From positions 32,001 through 96,000 of IMG/VR virus record IMGVR_UViG_3300046170_000148: a DNA stretch of 64,000 nucleotides. The stretch is one strand, 5' to 3'. Made by a program: the position numbers and the translations under genes. The notes under the pieces are model-generated. The model had not been told where the DNA came from and did no database searches. It saw nothing but the letters and a program-made list of their open reading frames with translations. Positions within the stretch are counted from its first letter, which is position 1; every line of letters begins with the position of its first letter. This document shows, one piece after another, positions 1 to 10,751 of this stretch. This DNA comes from a virus.

Positions 1-2518
1 AACGGTCAGCAAAGTTGTCTACAAAGAAACCTGATTTACTGCGTGGGTTACCCGCAGAGTCGAGAACCAACAATGAAGATGTGTCAACCTCGAGCAGAGA
101 CAATGAAGTCACCTCTTCTAGTTTATCGACACGTTTCTCTAGATTGTTGATGTCTGCCATCGTAAATCTTTTTGCTTCAAGTGGAGTTGTGTTGACATCT
201 GAGTCACTCAGACCATATGCATTATGTTCCAACAAGAAGAGACCTAAAGTGTTCTCTGGTGTATCTGGGAACTGGGCATCAAACCCTGCTTCACCAGTAA
301 TATTTTTTACTGTTCCATCGGTTGAAATGACAATCTTATCTCTGCGTGGTTGGTAATATGTTACATCACCCTGAAAGATATCACCATTAGTAGGAACTTC
401 ATTTACTCGTGCATCTGTTCCAGTAAATGTTCCAGCGGAATCAACCACTGAACGGAAATCAATTACATCACGCAGATTAAGTGAGGAACGAGGCCCAGTT
501 GAAAACTCTGGAATACTCTCATAGTTAACCTGACCAGTATATGATGTGACATCAAAGAAGTCACCACCACCGTGGGTGAAGTGTTTGAACCTACAGAAAA
601 TTGCACCCGATGGTGCAGAAGCGTTAGTTTCTAGAACCAATCGACCATTACCATAAAAGCCTGGACGTTGACCTTTATCTACAGTAAACAAATATGAGAG
701 GTCTACACCGTCAGAGTCGGTTTGTTTGATTGATATTACATCGTAGATATCTGCTGCATGAAGGTCAACAAACTTGAGACCACTACCATCAGACTCGACT
801 CCAGTGTTATTGTAAGTCGTTTCGACAAGTGTTTTCTGACGAGAAGATGCCTGCGCTTTATTAACCTTCGCATAGATTGTAACTGCTTGACTAGTAGGAA
901 GATTCGTGATTTCGGCTGATAGTAAGTTCGGCGGTGTTATTGTGATAGTCGCGCCAGTAACAACCGCGCCAGTATCGTCTCTTGTTACAATCCACTGATT
1001 TTTATTTACAAGTTTCTCACCAGCCGCGTTAACAGAAATAGTAACACTACCTGAACCATTTGATGTATCAGTAAACTGTCTCTGAACCTCAAAGTCAACA
1101 TCAGTAATGTCAGACGGTCTTGCATTTGGTAATGGGTAAATTAAATTGGTTAAGTCACCTTCTTTAATAACAGCCTGTCCATTCTCAAGGAGTGGGTTGA
1201 TGCAATCAGTTGAATCTGTTCCGACAGACCTTACTTGACGAAGTGCTGAACCACTATTCATTTTGATATCATACAGATATACACGATGCTGTGAACCATC
1301 TTCTTCTACATAACGAACCTTTGCAGTCCCGATGGTAGAAGTAGAAACACCGTGGTCGGCACCATCTTTAAGATTGACAACCTCTTGAGTGTTTATATTC
1401 AATCCACCCAAAGATGTAGCACTGTCTGTAATGAAATACTGACCATAAGAGATACCAGTAACTTCGTTGGTGAATGTTTCTGTTGTTCTTGGTTTGGCGA
1501 TTGTCAGTTTAGTAGGAACTTCCGATGCACCACGGTAACCGTTAATATATGCGATACCATCAGATACAGATGCAATCAGGTTTGTTCCTGAGTCGGTGAA
1601 GTCTACAGTGAAAGGACTTACGATATAGTTGCCTGACTCTTCACGAGTTCTCTCTGCAAGGACTTCATTGATTTTGTTATAATCTTCTGTTCCCGATACT
1701 TGGTCAAGGATTTGACCGTCAACAATATCACAGTAGTAGACAAAGTTTTCGTCAGCAGCAAGTGCATCTTCTGTTGTCAGAGTAAGTGTGATACGATAAC
1801 GGTCAGCGCCAGGCGAAGACAGGTTCGGTGTCGCACCCTGATTATCATACAATGCAGTATCATCAGCAACAGTAACGATATCTTCGGTGATTTTGAAACC
1901 AATGACTTTACTTGGATTTCTATCATACTTGGAAAGAATGAGTTCCTGTGGTTTGACAAATACAAAGTGGCCACGAACAAAGAAGTCACCCGCAGCACTA
2001 GAAATTTTAGAACCACGACCTACCGCAGGAGCAGCAGACTGAACAGTCAGTGTGTCTGACCCGTTGTTGATGTCCTCACCCGCAGACATACGGATTGGGT
2101 TCGCACTTGATGTGCCTGAAGATGTATCAGTATATTGAACATATAGAGTTGCAGGGTCAGAACCTTCTGCCGCAACAACCTGAAGAACTCTTGCTTTGAC
2201 ACCAGATGTCTGTCCAGTAAACTCTGTTCCAACCAGTGTGGTTGTGTCGGTAGGAAGAGTATTACTAGATGTATTCAGTTTGATGAATTCATAGTTATTG
2301 TTGATTGTCGGCCCGCCTGGATTTACAGAAGCACCATCTTTGAAGATGTTGCGACCAAATCTTCCAATCTCCTCTTGGATGATAGTCTGCATCTGTGTAA
2401 GTTCGCGAGCCTGCAAGGCACGACCACTATTGAAAAGGACGCGATGATAGTTATCACTATCAGTGAAATCGTCTTTGTAGGTCGTGGAGAATGAGTTCTC
2501 TGTAAATGTGTTAGCCAT
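1..2518 (-). CDS. Large virion structural protein, VrlC/DUF4815-like (runs off the left end of the window)
   Basis: Absent from the ORF track because it has no stop inside the window. Manual translation from ATG 2518: MANTFTENSFSTTYKDDFTDSDNYHRVLFNSGRALQARELTQMQTIIQEEIGRFGRNIFKDG...LYDNQGATPNLSSPGADRYR; QARELTQ and PGADR are hallmarks of this family, which follows gp8 in marine T4-like phages. Confidence 0.85.
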   Translation of the reverse strand, partial: MANTFTENSFSTTYKDDFTDSDNYHRVLFNSGRALQARELTQMQTIIQEEIGRFGRNIFKDGASVNPGGPTINNNYEFIKLNTSSNTLPTDTTTLVGTEFTGQTSGVKARVLQVVAAEGSDPATLYVQYTDTSSGTSSANPIRMSAGEDINNGSDTLTVQSAAPAVGRGSKISSAAGDFFVRGHFVFVKPQELILSKYDRNPSKVIGFKITEDIVTVADDTALYDNQGATPNLSSPGADRYRITLTLTTEDALAADENFVYYCDIVDGQILDQVSGTEDYNKINEVLAERTREESGNYIVSPFTVDFTDSGTNLIASVSDGIAYINGYRGASEVPTKLTIAKPRTTETFTNEVTGISYGQYFITDSATSLGGLNINTQEVVNLKDGADHGVSTSTIGTAKVRYVEEDGSQHRVYLYDIKMNSGSALRQVRSVGTDSTDCINPLLENGQAVIKEGDLTNLIYPLPNARPSDITDVDFEVQRQFTDTSNGSGSVTISVNAAGEKLVNKNQWIVTRDDTGAVVTGATITITPPNLLSAEITNLPTSQAVTIYAKVNKAQASSRQKTLVETTYNNTGVESDGSGLKFVDLHAADIYDVISIKQTDSDGVDLSYLFTVDKGQRPGFYGNGRLVLETNASAPSGAIFCRFKHFTHGGGDFFDVTSYTGQVNYESIPEFSTGPRSSLNLRDVIDFRSVVDSAGTFTGTDARVNEVPTNGDIFQGDVTYYQPRRDKIVISTDGTVKNITGEAGFDAQFPDTPENTLGLFLLEHNAYGLSDSDVNTTPLEAKRFTMADINNLEKRVDKLEEVTSLSLLEVDTSSLLVLDSAGNPRSKSGFFVDNFADR

Positions 2519-2528
2519 GAATCAAACC

Positions 2529-3887
2529 TTAAATTTGAATTACAATTTTAATATCTTCGGTCTGGTCACTTGCACGAGTGACCGCCGCTCGGTTATCAAT
2601 ATATAGGACATCGCCAGTAGACGTTGTTACTTCAGGTGTAACATATGGTGCAAATGACGCATTAAGTGTTCCCGCACCAGAACCGTCTGTTTCTGTTACC
2701 GCTTCACCCGAATCAAAGTTAGTGAAACCAGTTACATCGGTCTGGTGATACCAGACATTAGATGAGTCAACTTTATCAATCAACGCTTTTGCGCCAGAAG
2801 TTGAACCGACAATTGTGTTGTCAGCGGTAAATCCTGTTGTCACCGCAGAGAAAATAAGTTTCTTCAATGCAATACCTGTTGATGCAGTGAACAAATCTGA
2901 ACCCGCACTGTCTTTAATATTTTTGATAAGACCAACTTGACGGAAGTCATTACCTACAATAAAGTCATCGTTCTCTGTTCCGTCTGGTTTTACTGTGAAC
3001 ATGACACCATTTGCACGAAGGTCATTTCTTGGGTCAGCCCCTAAACCACCTTCTTCAGAAAATATAGGACGAATCACTGCTGGTTTGGTCGGTGTGCCAC
3101 CACCACTTACCGTGATAATCGCATTAGTGTAACCTGAACCAAACATCAATGTGCCTGAACTGTCGAGGACTTCAGCAGTAACAACAGCACTACCAGAAAT
3201 CGATGCGGATGCTTTTGCGTTTGTTCCATTACCAACAATTGTCAATGTTGGGTTTGATGTATATCCAGAACCACCCGAATCAACTGCATAGCCTATAATT
3301 TGACCACTAGTTGCAGCGTTCTGAACAGCCAACTGTTCAACATCAGAAGCAGCGGATGAGGAGTCAGTAGTCCCTTGAAGTTTGATAGGTAGGAAGTTAG
3401 CAGCGATATATTTCGTTGCATCACCCGCACTGATAGAATACAAGAACTTCCAGATGTAACCATCCGCAGTTGAGAATGGTGCGCCTGTTGTATTACCTGA
3501 TGGTTGGATAGTCGATACTACCGCATTACCAGCAGCGTCTTTAGATTGTTGTATACAAACATATACTTGGTTCTCGTCATTCATGACATAGTATGTTTGT
3601 GTGGGATAACCAACCTGTTTATCATCATAGGCAGAATAGACAGCACCCGAAGACCAGTTGTAGCGAGGCACAACGAAGGTCGAGTCAATAACTTTCTTCA
3701 CTGACTGAAGACCATTGCGGAGACCTCTCTCTTCCCATTGAGCGTTAATTGTTGTTCGCGCAGTGTCAGAGTCATTCCAGTCTTCGGAACGACCAATACC
3801 AATGTAATAGTTGTTCGACGAATCTGCGAAATCAGTCAGAAGAGACTGAATAACTTGTTTTTTTAGTGTATTAGTAATAACTGCCAT
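2529..3887 (-). CDS. gp8: Baseplate wedge subunit gp8
   Basis: VPRYNWSSG..YDD, YYVMNDENQVYVC, DGYIWKFLYSI, LYIDNR..R...QTEDIKIVIQ motifs; synteny. Confidence 0.9.
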   Translation of the reverse strand: MAVITNTLKKQVIQSLLTDFADSSNNYYIGIGRSEDWNDSDTARTTINAQWEERGLRNGLQSVKKVIDSTFVVPRYNWSSGAVYSAYDDKQVGYPTQTYYVMNDENQVYVCIQQSKDAAGNAVVSTIQPSGNTTGAPFSTADGYIWKFLYSISAGDATKYIAANFLPIKLQGTTDSSSAASDVEQLAVQNAATSGQIIGYAVDSGGSGYTSNPTLTIVGNGTNAKASASISGSAVVTAEVLDSSGTLMFGSGYTNAIITVSGGGTPTKPAVIRPIFSEEGGLGADPRNDLRANGVMFTVKPDGTENDDFIVGNDFRQVGLIKNIKDSAGSDLFTASTGIALKKLIFSAVTTGFTADNTIVGSTSGAKALIDKVDSSNVWYHQTDVTGFTNFDSGEAVTETDGSGAGTLNASFAPYVTPEVTTSTGDVLYIDNRAAVTRASDQTEDIKIVIQI

Positions 3888-3892
3888 TTTTA

Positions 3893-4936
3893 TTATCCTG
3901 TTGTAGTCCCATTATTGGCTACAATTACCCATTTATTTACTGAGGTGTTCCAAATCAACTGGCAACCATCACCTTCATCAAAGGCAATAAAACCATCACC
4001 AGAGTCTACACCCAAAATATTTGATGACCCACCCGATGGCGTAAGTCTTGCCTCACCCGCACCCACATTAATGAATGAATGAAACTCACCTTGTGCCGTT
4101 CCAGCAGCAATAGTTGGTGAGATAGGCGAACCAGAGTTGAATACCGTGAGAGGTTCGTTTAGATTTACTGCCGTGTCTGTTGCCACATCAGTTGATTTTT
4201 CTAGAATTAGTTTACTCTCGAAACTTACACCACCTGTTCCTTTACCTGTAATCTCAAGTGTAATATTTGTATCATCACCCGTTGCAGCGATAGAAGGATT
4301 GTTACCAGTCGCAGCCGTGGTAATACCGATATGATTGACTGCACTTGAAACATTGGTGAATGTAATATACTCATTAGACGAACTATCAAGTAGGAGAGAA
4401 CCATTTGCAAGACCCGTCAGGTTTGCATTACTTACAGTCAAACCATCAATAGTTTTATTCGTAAGCGTCTGTGCGTGGTTCGCGAACACAAAAGTATCAT
4501 CACCTGTCAGAAGTGGTAATGTTACGTTTCGGTCTGCGGCAAGTTCACTCACAGCAAATACATATTGATGGTCTGCACTTGTATCATTGATTTGTGGTGT
4601 CGTAATAACAGGACTTGTCAGGGTCTTGTTGGTCAGTGTTTGGGTTGTTGTTGTCAAAACAAAGTTGTCGCCAGTCGTGCCAGCAACGGGGATGTTTAAA
4701 ATCACATCCGCAGACGGGTCACCGTCCAGTTTTAATTTTACTTCAAAATCATTGGCGGTTGCACCCTCAAACAGGATACCGTCTGAGTCAAAAGATACCT
4801 GACTCGTTCCCGAATCACCACCAACGATAGTATAGAGTTCCGTGAAGTTTTCATTAATCTTCTGGGCAGCAGTGCGGAGGGTATCACCCGTCCCGTCATT
4901 TGCTGCTGTGCCTCTATTAATAATCTGTTTTGTCAT
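3893..4936 (-). CDS. gp9: Baseplate/tail-fibre connector, gp9/gp10 N-terminal family
   Basis: N-terminal KQIINRGTAANDGTGDTLRTAAQKINENFTELY; QTLTNKT fibre repeats. Confidence 0.75.
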   Translation of the reverse strand: MTKQIINRGTAANDGTGDTLRTAAQKINENFTELYTIVGGDSGTSQVSFDSDGILFEGATANDFEVKLKLDGDPSADVILNIPVAGTTGDNFVLTTTTQTLTNKTLTSPVITTPQINDTSADHQYVFAVSELAADRNVTLPLLTGDDTFVFANHAQTLTNKTIDGLTVSNANLTGLANGSLLLDSSSNEYITFTNVSSAVNHIGITTAATGNNPSIAATGDDTNITLEITGKGTGGVSFESKLILEKSTDVATDTAVNLNEPLTVFNSGSPISPTIAAGTAQGEFHSFINVGAGEARLTPSGGSSNILGVDSGDGFIAFDEGDGCQLIWNTSVNKWVIVANNGTTTG

Positions 4937-4959
4937 TTCTAAACCCTAAATGTTTCTTC

Positions 4960-4967
4960 TATTTATA
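4960..4967 (-). promoter_or_regulatory. T4-type late promoter TATAAATA
   Basis: Exact consensus ~24 nt upstream of the gp9-like ATG. Confidence 0.75.
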
Positions 4968-4975
4968 AGACTTTA

Positions 4976-6415
4976 TCAATCAAGATGACCAAGATTTAAC
5001 AAATATTGGTCGGAATCACTACTGTAGAAGACATGTCTGTCTTGGTCGAATGTCTCGAAAGTAAAGTCGTTTGACATATCCATACCGTCAGCCAACCATT
5101 CGTTAACCTCAGTTACTGCATTTACATACACACCAGTCTGGTTAGTATCGTATTCATCCACCAAATCTTCAAAAGTGTAACCACTATTAGAAGAGATAAT
5201 ATTGGAAAGGGTAAATTCATAAACTGAATCTGAATCTATATATCTACCTGTTGTAGAACCCTTTGTGATAGTTGCAATTATTTTAGGTGGTTCAGCGTTT
5301 AACGAACCAAGTTCTATAGTGCCATCAGTTAGGGATGTGCCATTTGTGATAGTGGCATTGCCGACAAATCTTGCAAATGTGTCGTTGATATCAGATGGTA
5401 TTCTGAATACTAAGTTACCACTACCATCAGGGTTCACACTGTCGGATATGATAGTTACGGCTGAATTATTATTTCTTAGTGTATTGCTTTCTGACCGATT
5501 ATAACTAACCACTCCAAGTGGGGCCAATGTAGATGTATCAGAGTCATCCATAGTTGGTGAGGTTGCAACTTGAGTCTCACGGATGTCATTATACTGTGCT
5601 TGAATTTTAGAGATTTGGAATGTTGTGAAATCTTCCAGTCTAATCTCTGGATTAATTCTACTTAGGATACCAGCAGAGTCGGTGTTAAAGTCATCAACCA
5701 ATGCACTCAAGTCTGTCGTAGGTGTATCCCCAAACGATGCTTCAGAGTGAACGGCGATTGGTGGAGGTGGTGTAACCACAACATTTGGTGCGGTGATAGT
5801 ATCTGTTACATCACTAATAATCTGCACTTCCGAACCAATGAACATACCGGCTGGGTGAACGAACAACTTGTATGGTTCTCTCCACTCGTTAAATGAAATA
5901 TCTGACTTAATCAAAATAGCAAACTTCTGATACAATTTATTATCGGTCAGAAACTTTCTGGAGTCAAATCCAATCTGAGAACTAGCTTCACCGACATTAA
6001 AGACTTGTTCTTTGGTGTAGATAATATCTGGGTCAATCGAAAAGAATGTTCTAAAGAACTGTTGAATCGAAAACTTCGTTCCCTTTGAACGATACAATGT
6101 ATTAGAATATTTCGCCGCAGCACGTTTGTCTGAGAACCCTTCAAAGTATGATTGACCCAACAGAAGTTCGTCCTCGATATAAGAAAGAAGTTCTATGTCA
6201 GTCTGTGTGATGTCCCTGCTATAGAACAGGTCGTTAATCAACTTGGTAGGAGATGACTCATCATCTTCGTAGTGATAATACTCATCAAGGAGTGTGATAA
6301 GTTTTGGATACTCTGTGCGAAAGAACTCAGGCAAAACCTTTTCAATAGCACTTTCAGGAAAAGTAAGCTCTCTCCTGTTCAGGTCTGTCAGAGTATCGTC
6401 TTGCTTATGTCCCAT
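4976..6415 (-). CDS. gp7: Baseplate wedge initiator gp7-like
   Basis: LPEFFRTEYPKLI, LYRSKGT..SI..FFR..F, WREPYKLFVHPAGM; directly downstream of gp6. Confidence 0.75.
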   Translation of the reverse strand: MGHKQDDTLTDLNRRELTFPESAIEKVLPEFFRTEYPKLITLLDEYYHYEDDESSPTKLINDLFYSRDITQTDIELLSYIEDELLLGQSYFEGFSDKRAAAKYSNTLYRSKGTKFSIQQFFRTFFSIDPDIIYTKEQVFNVGEASSQIGFDSRKFLTDNKLYQKFAILIKSDISFNEWREPYKLFVHPAGMFIGSEVQIISDVTDTITAPNVVVTPPPPIAVHSEASFGDTPTTDLSALVDDFNTDSAGILSRINPEIRLEDFTTFQISKIQAQYNDIRETQVATSPTMDDSDTSTLAPLGVVSYNRSESNTLRNNNSAVTIISDSVNPDGSGNLVFRIPSDINDTFARFVGNATITNGTSLTDGTIELGSLNAEPPKIIATITKGSTTGRYIDSDSVYEFTLSNIISSNSGYTFEDLVDEYDTNQTGVYVNAVTEVNEWLADGMDMSNDFTFETFDQDRHVFYSSDSDQYLLNLGHLD

Positions 6416-8241
6416 TAGTTTGTGACTCCAGGCTCAACATCTACGATACGAACAAAGGAGCGAGACTCATCATTTTCAATGACATCTTGTCTAAATGGTG
6501 TTAACACACTCTGGTTGGCGGGTGTTGCGCTGAGTTTGACGAACAGACTAGAACCAGCCACCTCATCAACTTGAAGACCGACAATTCTTACTGTGTCTCC
6601 AGTATAGTCACCAACATTATCTATAATGATTTCTGTGTCATCGAGGTTGAAGACTTCAAGTTTGTTAGAACCTAATTTGTTTCTTAAAATACAGTTTTTG
6701 TTTCTGAACTTAAATCCAGTTGATTGAATAATATATTCGGAATCATCTGGTGAAGCGAGGGCGGCCGCATAACGTAGAGTATGCGCTTGAACCGCAGTGA
6801 GGGTCGGTGTAAATCTGCGTTGCATCTTAACATTCATACGAGATGAAAGAATCGCAGGACTGTTTGCATCAATCAATGTCAACAGATTTGAACGTCTGAA
6901 TGACTGGTCAAACTTACCTGTGCTAGTGCTAAAGTAATCACGCACTACAGTTTTGATATTATCTGTGACCGTGTTTCGTGAGAGTGTGGTCAAGTTCTGA
7001 TTGAACTGGAAAAATACTTCTGTCTCAATAAAGGTCTTGATAGGGTCAGAGAACTTCAGATTAAATGATGCAACAGATAGTTGTTCCGAGAGGTCAACGA
7101 TTGCCTGTTTGGTAGACGCTTCAGTTGCAACACCAACATCGTCATTGAACAATACAGACATAAAGATTGTTCCAAACTCTGGTTCAAGTGCCTCTTCCCC
7201 ACCAAACGATTTAATGTCTTTGATGAGTGTCGAGAAGTTTTTGAGAACCAACGCAGAGTAATCCACAGCCGTGACCATTCTGTTCTGTGACGCATACTGG
7301 AATGGGGCATTCTGACGAATTGACTCAACTGTCTCTTTGTCTCCACCACCTACAGCTTTTGCAACTGTTGATACGGTAACATCATATCCTGTTCCATCGA
7401 TAGTTACTTGACTCTGTGGTTCAAAGATTTTAGCGGTATCTGCATCAGAACCGTTCACTGCCAGATAATCAATAGTGATTTTACTACCTTCGACAGGAGC
7501 AGTTCCCAGTGTCGCACCGTTACCAAAGGACAACTCAAACAATCCGTTTGGAGTTTCTTTCAAAATATACAGTGTTGAGTTGGCGTTGATTGTTGTTGCT
7601 TCTGACAAATTCTTATATGTTATAAAACTGGCGGACGAAGGTGACTCGTATACACGAACCACCGCAGTCTCGATATCAAGGAGTTCGTCAGGAATTACAT
7701 ATACAGCATTCTCTTCCGACTTACTTGCGAGGAATGTTTTCACTCTTGAAGTTCCTTCAAAGATATCGATGTCTTCCGAACCCGTCGAGGTTTTGAGTTC
7801 ATAGATACCCGCGCCATCGTCTGTCGCAGAGAGGTCTACTTGTGTTTGGAAAACATAGTCTGTATCATCAACTGTTGCATTGAACTTGAAACCAGACGCG
7901 ATTTGGATTATGGTTGGGCGACCAGATACACCACTCAGGTTCATTGACAAATTCACGATGGCCTTCGAAGATGTCTTGGAGTCTGGAATGTAACCGATAC
8001 CCTCTGCAAGGGAGACAAGAGAACTACGCAGTTGGGCAGTTCCTAGAAATGATTCATTCAACGCAAAGTTTGCGGTCAGTGCATTGTAATGTGTATTGTA
8101 TGCGAGAACATCTAGGATATTCGAAAGACCCGAGGCCTCGAAGTTATAGTCAGCAAACTCAGGTTTATCGGCAAGAAATGTTTTTAGATTATTCTTGATT
8201 GCCGTAAAATCTAGTGCTGTTGATTTTATTGTTGTTGCCAT
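6415..8241 (-). CDS. gp6: Baseplate wedge subunit gp6
   Basis: LDFTAIKNNLK, DYNFEASGLSNILDVLAYNTHY, GGGDKETVESIRQNAP..YASQNRMVT..DY. Confidence 0.95.
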   Translation of the reverse strand: MATTIKSTALDFTAIKNNLKTFLADKPEFADYNFEASGLSNILDVLAYNTHYNALTANFALNESFLGTAQLRSSLVSLAEGIGYIPDSKTSSKAIVNLSMNLSGVSGRPTIIQIASGFKFNATVDDTDYVFQTQVDLSATDDGAGIYELKTSTGSEDIDIFEGTSRVKTFLASKSEENAVYVIPDELLDIETAVVRVYESPSSASFITYKNLSEATTINANSTLYILKETPNGLFELSFGNGATLGTAPVEGSKITIDYLAVNGSDADTAKIFEPQSQVTIDGTGYDVTVSTVAKAVGGGDKETVESIRQNAPFQYASQNRMVTAVDYSALVLKNFSTLIKDIKSFGGEEALEPEFGTIFMSVLFNDDVGVATEASTKQAIVDLSEQLSVASFNLKFSDPIKTFIETEVFFQFNQNLTTLSRNTVTDNIKTVVRDYFSTSTGKFDQSFRRSNLLTLIDANSPAILSSRMNVKMQRRFTPTLTAVQAHTLRYAAALASPDDSEYIIQSTGFKFRNKNCILRNKLGSNKLEVFNLDDTEIIIDNVGDYTGDTVRIVGLQVDEVAGSSLFVKLSATPANQSVLTPFRQDVIENDESRSFVRIVDVEPGVTN

Positions 8242-8242
8242 C

Positions 8243-8692
8243 TTATCTCAACCTTGAAAGTCTAGTTGTAAATTCAACTTGCTCTTCTGTGTTTACTACC
8301 TTAAATTTTACTGTGACATTGAGAGCATGATTATCTGGGTATAAATCTACCACGATATCCAAGACTTCTGCTCTTGGTTCATATGCCTCAATGTTGTCTA
8401 TAATATTCTCTCTCAGAATAGAAGACCCATCTCTATCCGCTAACTCAAAGAGTTGACCCCGTATGTCTCCACCGAAGAATGGGTCAAATGGTTTCTCAAG
8501 AAGGTTTGTCATGACGAGCGTCTTGATTGCTTGCTTTACCGCAGCCGCATCCTTCTTCTTAAAAATCTCTCCGCTTGTAGGTTTTGCCTGAAATGTCAGG
8601 TCAATATCGATATATTCCTTTACACGACTACTCGTCACCGATGTCGTGTTGAGGTCTGTATCTTCCTGTGCGAATGCTCTTCTAGTTGCCAT
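8243..8692 (-). CDS. gp25: Baseplate wedge subunit gp25
   Basis: AVKQAIKTLVMT...EKPFDPFFG...LFE...YEPR; adjacent to gp6. Confidence 0.9.
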   Translation of the reverse strand: MATRRAFAQEDTDLNTTSVTSSRVKEYIDIDLTFQAKPTSGEIFKKKDAAAVKQAIKTLVMTNLLEKPFDPFFGGDIRGQLFELADRDGSSILRENIIDNIEAYEPRAEVLDIVVDLYPDNHALNVTVKFKVVNTEEQVEFTTRLSRLR

Positions 8693-8697
8693 GTCTC

Positions 8698-8705
8698 TAT
8701 TTATA
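8698..8705 (-). promoter_or_regulatory. T4-type late promoter TATAAATA
   Basis: Exact consensus immediately upstream of gp25. Confidence 0.65.
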
Positions 8706-9297
8706 AGACTTTTTCACGGATTTCGATAAGTTCATCCAAACTCATCAAACTATTATTGAAATAAGTCTCTACTTTCTTACTAAATGATACATCGAAACTG
8801 GAGGGGACAGTCGGAAACTCTAATCCAATCTGACCAGTTAGACTTTCATCTGGATTATAATTGTCATAGTCCAAATACAAAGCACCAAAGTTGATATAAT
8901 CTTTCCAGTATTCTGCAACGTCAAAGGTCTTCTCGAAGTCAACCTTTCCGTCCTGACCAATGACTTGATAGTATACCAAACGACCATCTGACTTCTTCTT
9001 CATAGTCTCATCATTCAGGTCAGGTGTCTGTAGGTCATAGATGCCTTCAGATACAATCAGTCTCACATCGTTGAAGTGGGTTGTGTTACCGTTGATTGTT
9101 CTCATGGCCTCTGCCTGTAGATACAGGTTTCTCGCAATCTGTTTGCGTTCTGATACAGTTGCAACATGATTGAATGGTGTGCGGTCACCATACGCACCCA
9201 GAAACTTTGACATCGTAATGCCAGGCGCAAGGGTAGTCGCAGAGGTAATCTCCGACTGGAGTTCTGGATTGTAGGTTGGGTCAACTAGAATAATCAT
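8701..9297 (-). CDS. gp5-associated protein, degenerate peptidase M15-like fold
   Basis: 198 aa, coupled to the gp5 C-terminal gene; aligns by eye with the M15 endolysin at 45781-46242 but lacks the Zn ligands. Confidence 0.55.
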   Translation of the reverse strand: MIILVDPTYNPELQSEITSATTLAPGITMSKFLGAYGDRTPFNHVATVSERKQIARNLYLQAEAMRTINGNTTHFNDVRLIVSEGIYDLQTPDLNDETMKKKSDGRLVYYQVIGQDGKVDFEKTFDVAEYWKDYINFGALYLDYDNYNPDESLTGQIGLEFPTVPSSFDVSFSKKVETYFNNSLMSLDELIEIREKVL

Positions 9298-10751
9298 GGT
9301 GTAAATCTCTTACCTCTGTTCTCAAGTGCGTTACCGATTGGTTCATATCCGAACCTTGACGAAGGTGTCTTCTTCACGGTTCTACCAATCGATGGCGGTG
9401 TCTTACTTCTATACTTCGGATTCAGTCTGTCTTCTGATACGAGGACACCACCAATTGCATCGATGTTCGCACTATTTCTAAATGAAGACCTAATCTCTTG
9501 AGTGGTAGGAATCTTCGCAAATACATCTTTATAGTTGTCGGTCAACAGTATCTTCAGTTTCAACAGGTCATCAGCATCGACCACAACGGTCTGAATTGCA
9601 AACGAACCTGTCGTTCCGTGGTTGACAACCTTGTCGATAGTGATTTGTGCCTGACCACTGATGCTTGCTTGGGACTTTGTTGCGAGAGAAGCAGTTTCAT
9701 TATGTAGTGAGCCGGGACTATACGAAGCGTCAGTAAGAGTCCCAGTTATGTCGGCAGCCTCGTCAGCGCGTTCTGCCTTTTGTGCAACGTTGGCATTATA
9801 CGCTTCAACCGCCTCATCTGCAATACCCTTGAATGTCCCGTGATAAATCGCACCAGACCCTTCGGCAGTTGCACCATCTTTGCCTTGATATACTCGTCCA
9901 GTGAAGTCAACCTGTTCACCACCGATAGAACCTTTCTGACCAAACACGGATACGTTGTTGACACCCGTCAGGTTAGATACCTTAGATGTGACCGCGAACT
10001 GTTCCTTACCAGATATGAAGATGTTCTGTTCAGATGCGATATCGATGTCACCCTCAACCACATTCTGTTGATTACCCTTGACAACCTGATTATTATCTGC
10101 TAACATAACATCGGTATGCGTTCCGATAGTCTTGTTTGTCTTCGTTCCTTTGGTCGTATACTGAGAGTTCTCTGTAACAGTTGTGCGATGGTTCTGTTCA
10201 ATCTGTTCTACCAAATTACCCGCAACATTGACATTGAAGTTGCCACCAACATCTATATTATAGTCACCCGATACCTTCATGTTCAGGTTACCGTGGTATA
10301 CAAGGTTACCGTTACCCTCGATGATGACAGTCTGGTCACCACCCGTAACCTCGACCTTGTTGTTCAACGCAGAGATGACTACCGAACCATCTGCTCTCAT
10401 CTCTATACCCGCCCCCTTACGGTGACGCAGGAGAACTCGTTCCCCGCCTGGCGTATCGTCAAGTTCAATGACATGACCCGATGCAGTTTCCTGCACTTGG
10501 TTATTAGGATATTGTGATGGTCTCTGTGGTGCAATGTTTAGAGGAACACCGAAGTCACCACCACCAGCATACAGGTTGTTTACCTTTGTTCCTCGTGCCG
10601 CCTTGTTGATTGACACATCATAGTTGTAGTCTCTCTTAGGTAATGCACCTGTAGGGTCTTGCATACCATCAACAGGAACACCCAGAGTCTCCTCTTGTCC
10701 TGCCCCTAGATTTTCTACACGAAGTTCAAACTTATCTTTTTTTGTAGTCAT
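9294..10751 (-). CDS. gp5: Baseplate hub/spike gp5, central and C-terminal beta-helix portion
   Basis: YPNNQVQETASGHVIELDDTPGGERV..RH..G...E...DG followed by VxG repeats (VSGDYNIDVGGNFNVNVAGN). Confidence 0.85.
   Translation of the reverse strand: MTTKKDKFELRVENLGAGQEETLGVPVDGMQDPTGALPKRDYNYDVSINKAARGTKVNNLYAGGGDFGVPLNIAPQRPSQYPNNQVQETASGHVIELDDTPGGERVLLRHRKGAGIEMRADGSVVISALNNKVEVTGGDQTVIIEGNGNLVYHGNLNMKVSGDYNIDVGGNFNVNVAGNLVEQIEQNHRTTVTENSQYTTKGTKTNKTIGTHTDVMLADNNQVVKGNQQNVVEGDIDIASEQNIFISGKEQFAVTSKVSNLTGVNNVSVFGQKGSIGGEQVDFTGRVYQGKDGATAEGSGAIYHGTFKGIADEAVEAYNANVAQKAERADEAADITGTLTDASYSPGSLHNETASLATKSQASISGQAQITIDKVVNHGTTGSFAIQTVVVDADDLLKLKILLTDNYKDVFAKIPTTQEIRSSFRNSANIDAIGGVLVSEDRLNPKYRSKTPPSIGRTVKKTPSSRFGYEPIGNALENRGKRFTP

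Noticed and set aside
15-2232. Short ORFs in the track at the left end
   Set aside because: Shadows of the long minus-strand VrlC-like CDS, which the track missed because it has no stop inside the window
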